25,615 nucleotides of DNA from Paraspadella gotoi. Taxonomy: Eukaryota; Animalia; Chaetognatha. The stretch is taken from NCBI GenBank assembly GCA_051294375.1, contig JBJCIZ010000778.1:1-25615 (forward strand), written 5' to 3'. Under the pieces are notes generated by a model, which had not been told where the DNA came from, made no database searches, and saw only the letters and a list, made by a program, of their open reading frames with translations. The translations under genes and the position numbers were made by a program. Position 1 is the first letter of the stretch; each line of letters begins with the position of its first letter. Shown in pieces: positions 22,193-25,615 of the stretch.

Positions 22193-23530
22193 ATGAGCGT
22201 GCTTCTCCGTCCTGCGGGAGATGTTCTCTTCGGGGGCCTTACAGACGATGAAAGGCAAATGTTTAGTGACGATGATTTGGTTTTTCCCAATGAACAATCT
22301 TTGGATGAACCGGTAACCTCGCTGTCAAAGAGAGAAGCTCCAACGGACCAGGAGAAAATGGTGAATAAGATATTTAGTTAGTTGTATAATGTCATTCGTT
22401 ATTGGTTTTCAATAAAATTTTATTTTAATTAGGCATTTACGGATAATTTTCTGAGCGGAAAAGAAAGACCAACTCCCGCTCATCGGATCGCTATGGAAGA
22501 TTTGAGCTATCCGATTATTTACGGGACTGGGGATGAAAGGATCTTCAGTCCTACGTTTGTCGCTCCTGACGGGAAAGAATTGATGTTTAAAAGAATCAGG
22601 AGAACTTGGGAACGGATTGCGATGAAGCGAGGATGGAGTCGGGTCGTGTTTTGGGAATTCGTGGACCGAATGAATCGCGGAGAAAGTCATGAAGTTCTCT
22701 ACAAACTTGCAAGGAGGATCTTTCCGGTCAACCAAGAGTTTCGAGACTGTCCGCCACCACCAGCAACCCGGGTCTTCACGGCGCGTGATTCCGAAAACGA
22801 TCCGCCATCTATTCGTTATACTTCAAGAAAAGATTACTCGAATTCTTCTGATCAGCATGATGGCCAGATTCCTCAAGCTACACTTACGAAATCGATTAAG
22901 ACTCAAACCGATATAGATGGGACCGTTTGGAGAGATATTGAAGTTCGTGCATTAAAAATACAGAGAGAAGGTTTACACTTAAAGGCAGCTAACTCTGAAT
23001 TGAGAAGAAGAGTTGATGAGTCTGAGAGGAAGTTTCAAGGGGAAGTTGAAAAAAAGCTAGAATCTGAGATGAGGTTAGAACTAAACAAAAAAGAAGCGAG
23101 TGAAAGGTTAGCTAAAGTTGAGAGGCTCTGGGGTCAAAGTTATGAGAGAGAGAAAAAAAGGGCTGATGAATTGGGCGTTTTGTTAGAAAAGGAGAGGAAG
23201 CGGGTTGAGGAATATAGGGCTGAGTTGGAAAAATTACGGTCAATGGAACGTTCCCAAACTCCGATACGAAACAGATACGTTCGCCATGATTCGCCTGTTC
23301 AAGGGTCCTGGGGAGAGAGTTGTGCTCATCCTGTTAAGTTATCAAGGTTCAATCCGCCTCCAGGACAAGAATTTATGTGTCAGACTCCACAGGGCTTGCA
23401 GTCCCCAGTTTCAACTCGTTCATGTCATCTTAAGCTTCCCACATTGTCATCTGATACACCACCGCCGCCGCCTTCGCCTCTTGCAAGACCATCTTGGTAT
23501 AAGCCTGTCCCAAGAAAACGTAAAAACTAA
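22193..23530 (+). CDS. Accessory ORF A10, predicted spliced 421 aa: join(22193-22360,22433-23530)
   Basis: ATG|GTGAAT...TTTTATTTTAATTAG (72 nt, phase 0) joins the 22193 ORF in frame to AFTDNFLSGKERPTPAHRIA-MEDLSY. The product has an acidic N-terminus, a Trp-containing domain, a ~100 aa E/K/R coiled coil, a Pro/Ser tail and terminal PRKRKN. Confidence 0.8.
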
Positions 23531-23798
23531 TAATTTGTTGCCAGACACTGGAATTCAGAATGAGTGGTTTATGTTAATTATTTTTTTTAGTGACTCGCTA
23601 TTCTCTATTTGTTTGACAAGTAAATTCGTTAGAGAAAAATAATATTTTTGTGGAGAGTTTAAACAAAATCTATATTTTATTTTGTTAAAACGAATTTCTG
23701 AGAACAGACGAATGTTCTGAATTTTTTAATATGTCAATTTGGGCATACAAATTTCAATGTTAGAATAAATTAAGACTTCGTCGTGATTAAATTTTGTT

Positions 23799-23965
23799 TG
23801 ATCCAGCCGTCGGGCTGAGCTTTTTAAGATTAATGATCCAGCTGGCGAGCTGAGGGTTTTTTAAGATTTATGATCCAGCTGATGAGCTGAGCTTTGTTTA
23901 AATTTTACGATCAAGCCGGCGGGCTTACTTCTAGACATTAAGATTTGATCCAGCCGTCGGGCTGA
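23799..23965 (+). repeat. Five-copy 35-38-nt tandem repeat, each with a 5-bp stem and 4-nt loop
   Basis: Units start at 23799, 23834, 23871, 23908 and 23946. Core GATC-(C/A)AGCY-GNYG-RGCT(G/T). Confidence 0.9.
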
Positions 23966-24247
23966 AATTATTTTTTATTTGGAGATTGGATGGCAGTGGC
24001 AATAACAAATTTACGCGTATTACTGAAGTAATGTTATTACATTAGAAATAAATACTGTCTGATTGTGAAACTCACCATTGTCTAAGGAAGTTTCAATTCG
24101 TTGTCAAATGTTGTTGTCTCAAAGTTTTTTGAGATTTAAATAAGGTCGGCGATCTAAACATTGTGATCCCAGAATAACTTGTTTCCGGGATATTTGTCTA
24201 GTGATTTAATTAGGAATTTGAATACCGATATGACTTGTCGGTATATT

Positions 24248-24308
24248 TTCGTTCCCAAGACTAATAATCTTGGCTATCTTCGTTCCCAAGACCAACAATC
24301 TTGGCTAT
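24248..24308 (+). repeat. Two-copy 31-nt-period repeat with CCAAGA-N7-TCTTGG hairpin
   Basis: TTCGTTCCCAAGAC(T/C)AA(T/C)AATCTTGGCTAT occurs twice. The differences fall only in the loop. Confidence 0.9.
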
Positions 24309-24349
24309 TTGTCGGAGTCTTACATTGAATAGACTCAATTTGTAAGTTC

Positions 24350-24520
24350 ACAGGGCGGACATACCCTGATGGAACTTAAAGAACCATTTCTTTCTCGATA
24401 GTCAACAGGGCGGACAAACCCTGATGTGACTTATGTATTTATCTCGAAAGTTGACAGGGTTTAAAAATCCTGATGCGACTTATCTCTCGAAAGATAACAG
24501 GGCTGAAAAGACCCTGATGA
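24350..24520 (+). repeat. Four-copy repeat ACAGGG-N8/9-YCCTGATG with CTCGA(A/T)AG in each spacer
   Basis: CAGGG starts at 24351, 24406, 24455 and 24498. Period 43-55 nt. Confidence 0.85.
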
Positions 24521-25139
24521 GACCTTTCTTAGAGGGGCATCCATACCCCAATATTTTTTGTAGTATATTGACGACGTCGTCCATTTGTTTCGTCCTCTTG
24601 TCTTTTTTCGTCCCCCTTCGTCATCTTTCTCTTCTAACCATCATGGTGAGGCCAGCCGTGAAGGTTTAAGTTAAAACTTACCAGAAACTTATGATTAGAA
24701 AAGCGTAAAATTGAATATTTGTTGATTGGATCTGCGACTGCAGCGCAGAGGAGAATCTTTGTCCGATTATTTGAAGTTTATCTGAGCTAAAAATTTTTTT
24801 TTTAAAACGAAAACACGAATGAATCGCTTTGTCGTGCGGTCACGTTTATTAGTACTAATTGATGTACATAGTTTTTTTTTTTTTTGAGCCCGCTTTTATT
24901 AATTTTTACAAGCGTGGTTAACAGTTATTGTTTAGTCCGTTTAGAATCAGTCCCATGTTGTTTGAGGGATTGAAATTATTCTCACGAGCACATTTATTGT
25001 TACAATTGATGAAATTTATAGATTCTAGAACAGTATTTATTTGCAAGTAGAAAGCTCAATGAATTTTTGAAACTTTGAAAATTAGATCAAGAAAAGTAGT
25101 AATAGATGTATTAAAATAGAATTGAACAGTTAATTTAAT

Positions 25140-25615
25140 TGAGCTAGCAGCATCAGTCCCACCAAACATGGGGGAGGTCAGACAGATTTAGTGAGCTAGA
25201 CATCTTGCCTAGATTCCATTCACTCTAGATAGTCGAGAAGGATTGTCAAACATTTCATTCACGTCAAGCACCAGCTAATTGTCGTCAGCAGAATTCAAGT
25301 CGGCCGAGACGAGAATGATCAACAAGACGCAGCTTCCCTATGCCGTCGAGGAATTCGGGACGTCAGCAAGTGTTTGGTGAACCAGATGGTGCATGCAGTC
25401 TTGAAGAAAGGGGGGCGGTTAGTTGGGAATGTTTAATGGGGGGAGGAACTTGCAGTAATGGCGACGTCGGAGCACGGCAAGATCGTGAACAAACGGCGCG
25501 GCAATGGCGAGATTGCAGATGGTGGTAACAGCGGGACGGCAAGATCTTGAACAAAACCTGGGAAATCGGAGGGGAGAAATTTGGGGCAGTTATTGAAGCT
25601 GATACTACAAGTCCA
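25140..25615 (-). other. Possible 3' end of an antisense coding region, disrupted and running off the window
   Basis: GC-richer block. One minus frame is open from the window edge to 25363 (Pro/Ser-rich). Contains a 63-nt-period imperfect duplication (25450/25513). No recognisable domain. Confidence 0.3.

Larger units (their letters stand above)
8580..25615 (+). mobile_element. Bel/Pao (Belpaoviridae) LTR retrotransposon with extended 3' accessory region, right end outside the window
   Basis: The gag-pol core is unambiguous. The left boundary is inferred from the loss of simple repeats and a TGT start. No second LTR copy is seen. Inclusion of 16.2-25.6 kb is inferred from co-orientation, gene density and lack of host-type microsatellites. 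Confidence 0.8.

Noticed and set aside
16200-23530. env gene downstream of pol
   Set aside because: No ORF with a signal peptide, transmembrane anchor or Cys-rich ectodomain.
23799-24520. CRISPR-like repeat-spacer arrays
   Set aside because: Eukaryotic context, degenerate repeats, short and mutually similar spacers, no cas genes.
24364-24520. Tandem hammerhead ribozymes (CTGATG..CGAAA)
   Set aside because: Only the last copy has CTGATGA and it lacks a following GAAA. The others have no proper stem III or UH cleavage site.
24433-24669. 78 aa ORF over the repeat array
   Set aside because: Overlaps hairpin repeats and pyrimidine-rich sequence, with no coding signature.
16200-25615. 3' LTR or polypurine tract
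   Set aside because: No repeat of the 8.6-9.2 kb sequence found by eye. Purine runs near 25405-25450 are not followed by LTR-like sequence.

Overview
AT-rich animal (invertebrate-like) genomic DNA with many (GA/CT)n and homopolymer tracts and, in places, a high indel rate. The left third holds five minus-strand exons of an endophilin B (SH3GLB) gene: end of the N-BAR domain, linker and start of the SH3 domain. Its introns carry a deleted Tc1-like transposon, a probable Helentron-type non-autonomous element and simple repeats. From about 8.6 kb to the right edge lies a plus-strand Bel/Pao LTR retrotransposon, apparently within an endophilin B intron. It has a frameshift-broken gag with the triple zinc knuckle, one in-frame TGA, and an intact PR-RT-RH-IN pol. 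Downstream of pol there is no 3' LTR and no env. Instead there are about 10 small co-oriented genes of unknown function (16.9-23.5 kb). Most follow a splice-acceptor-like site, three have predicted short introns, and several look paralogous. Next come about 720 nt of repeated hairpins with compensatory changes and a possible antisense ORF running off the window. The best interpretation (inference) is a very large 'complex' Bel/Pao element with an accessory-gene cassette and a cis-acting structured RNA. All calls were made by eye, with no database searches.
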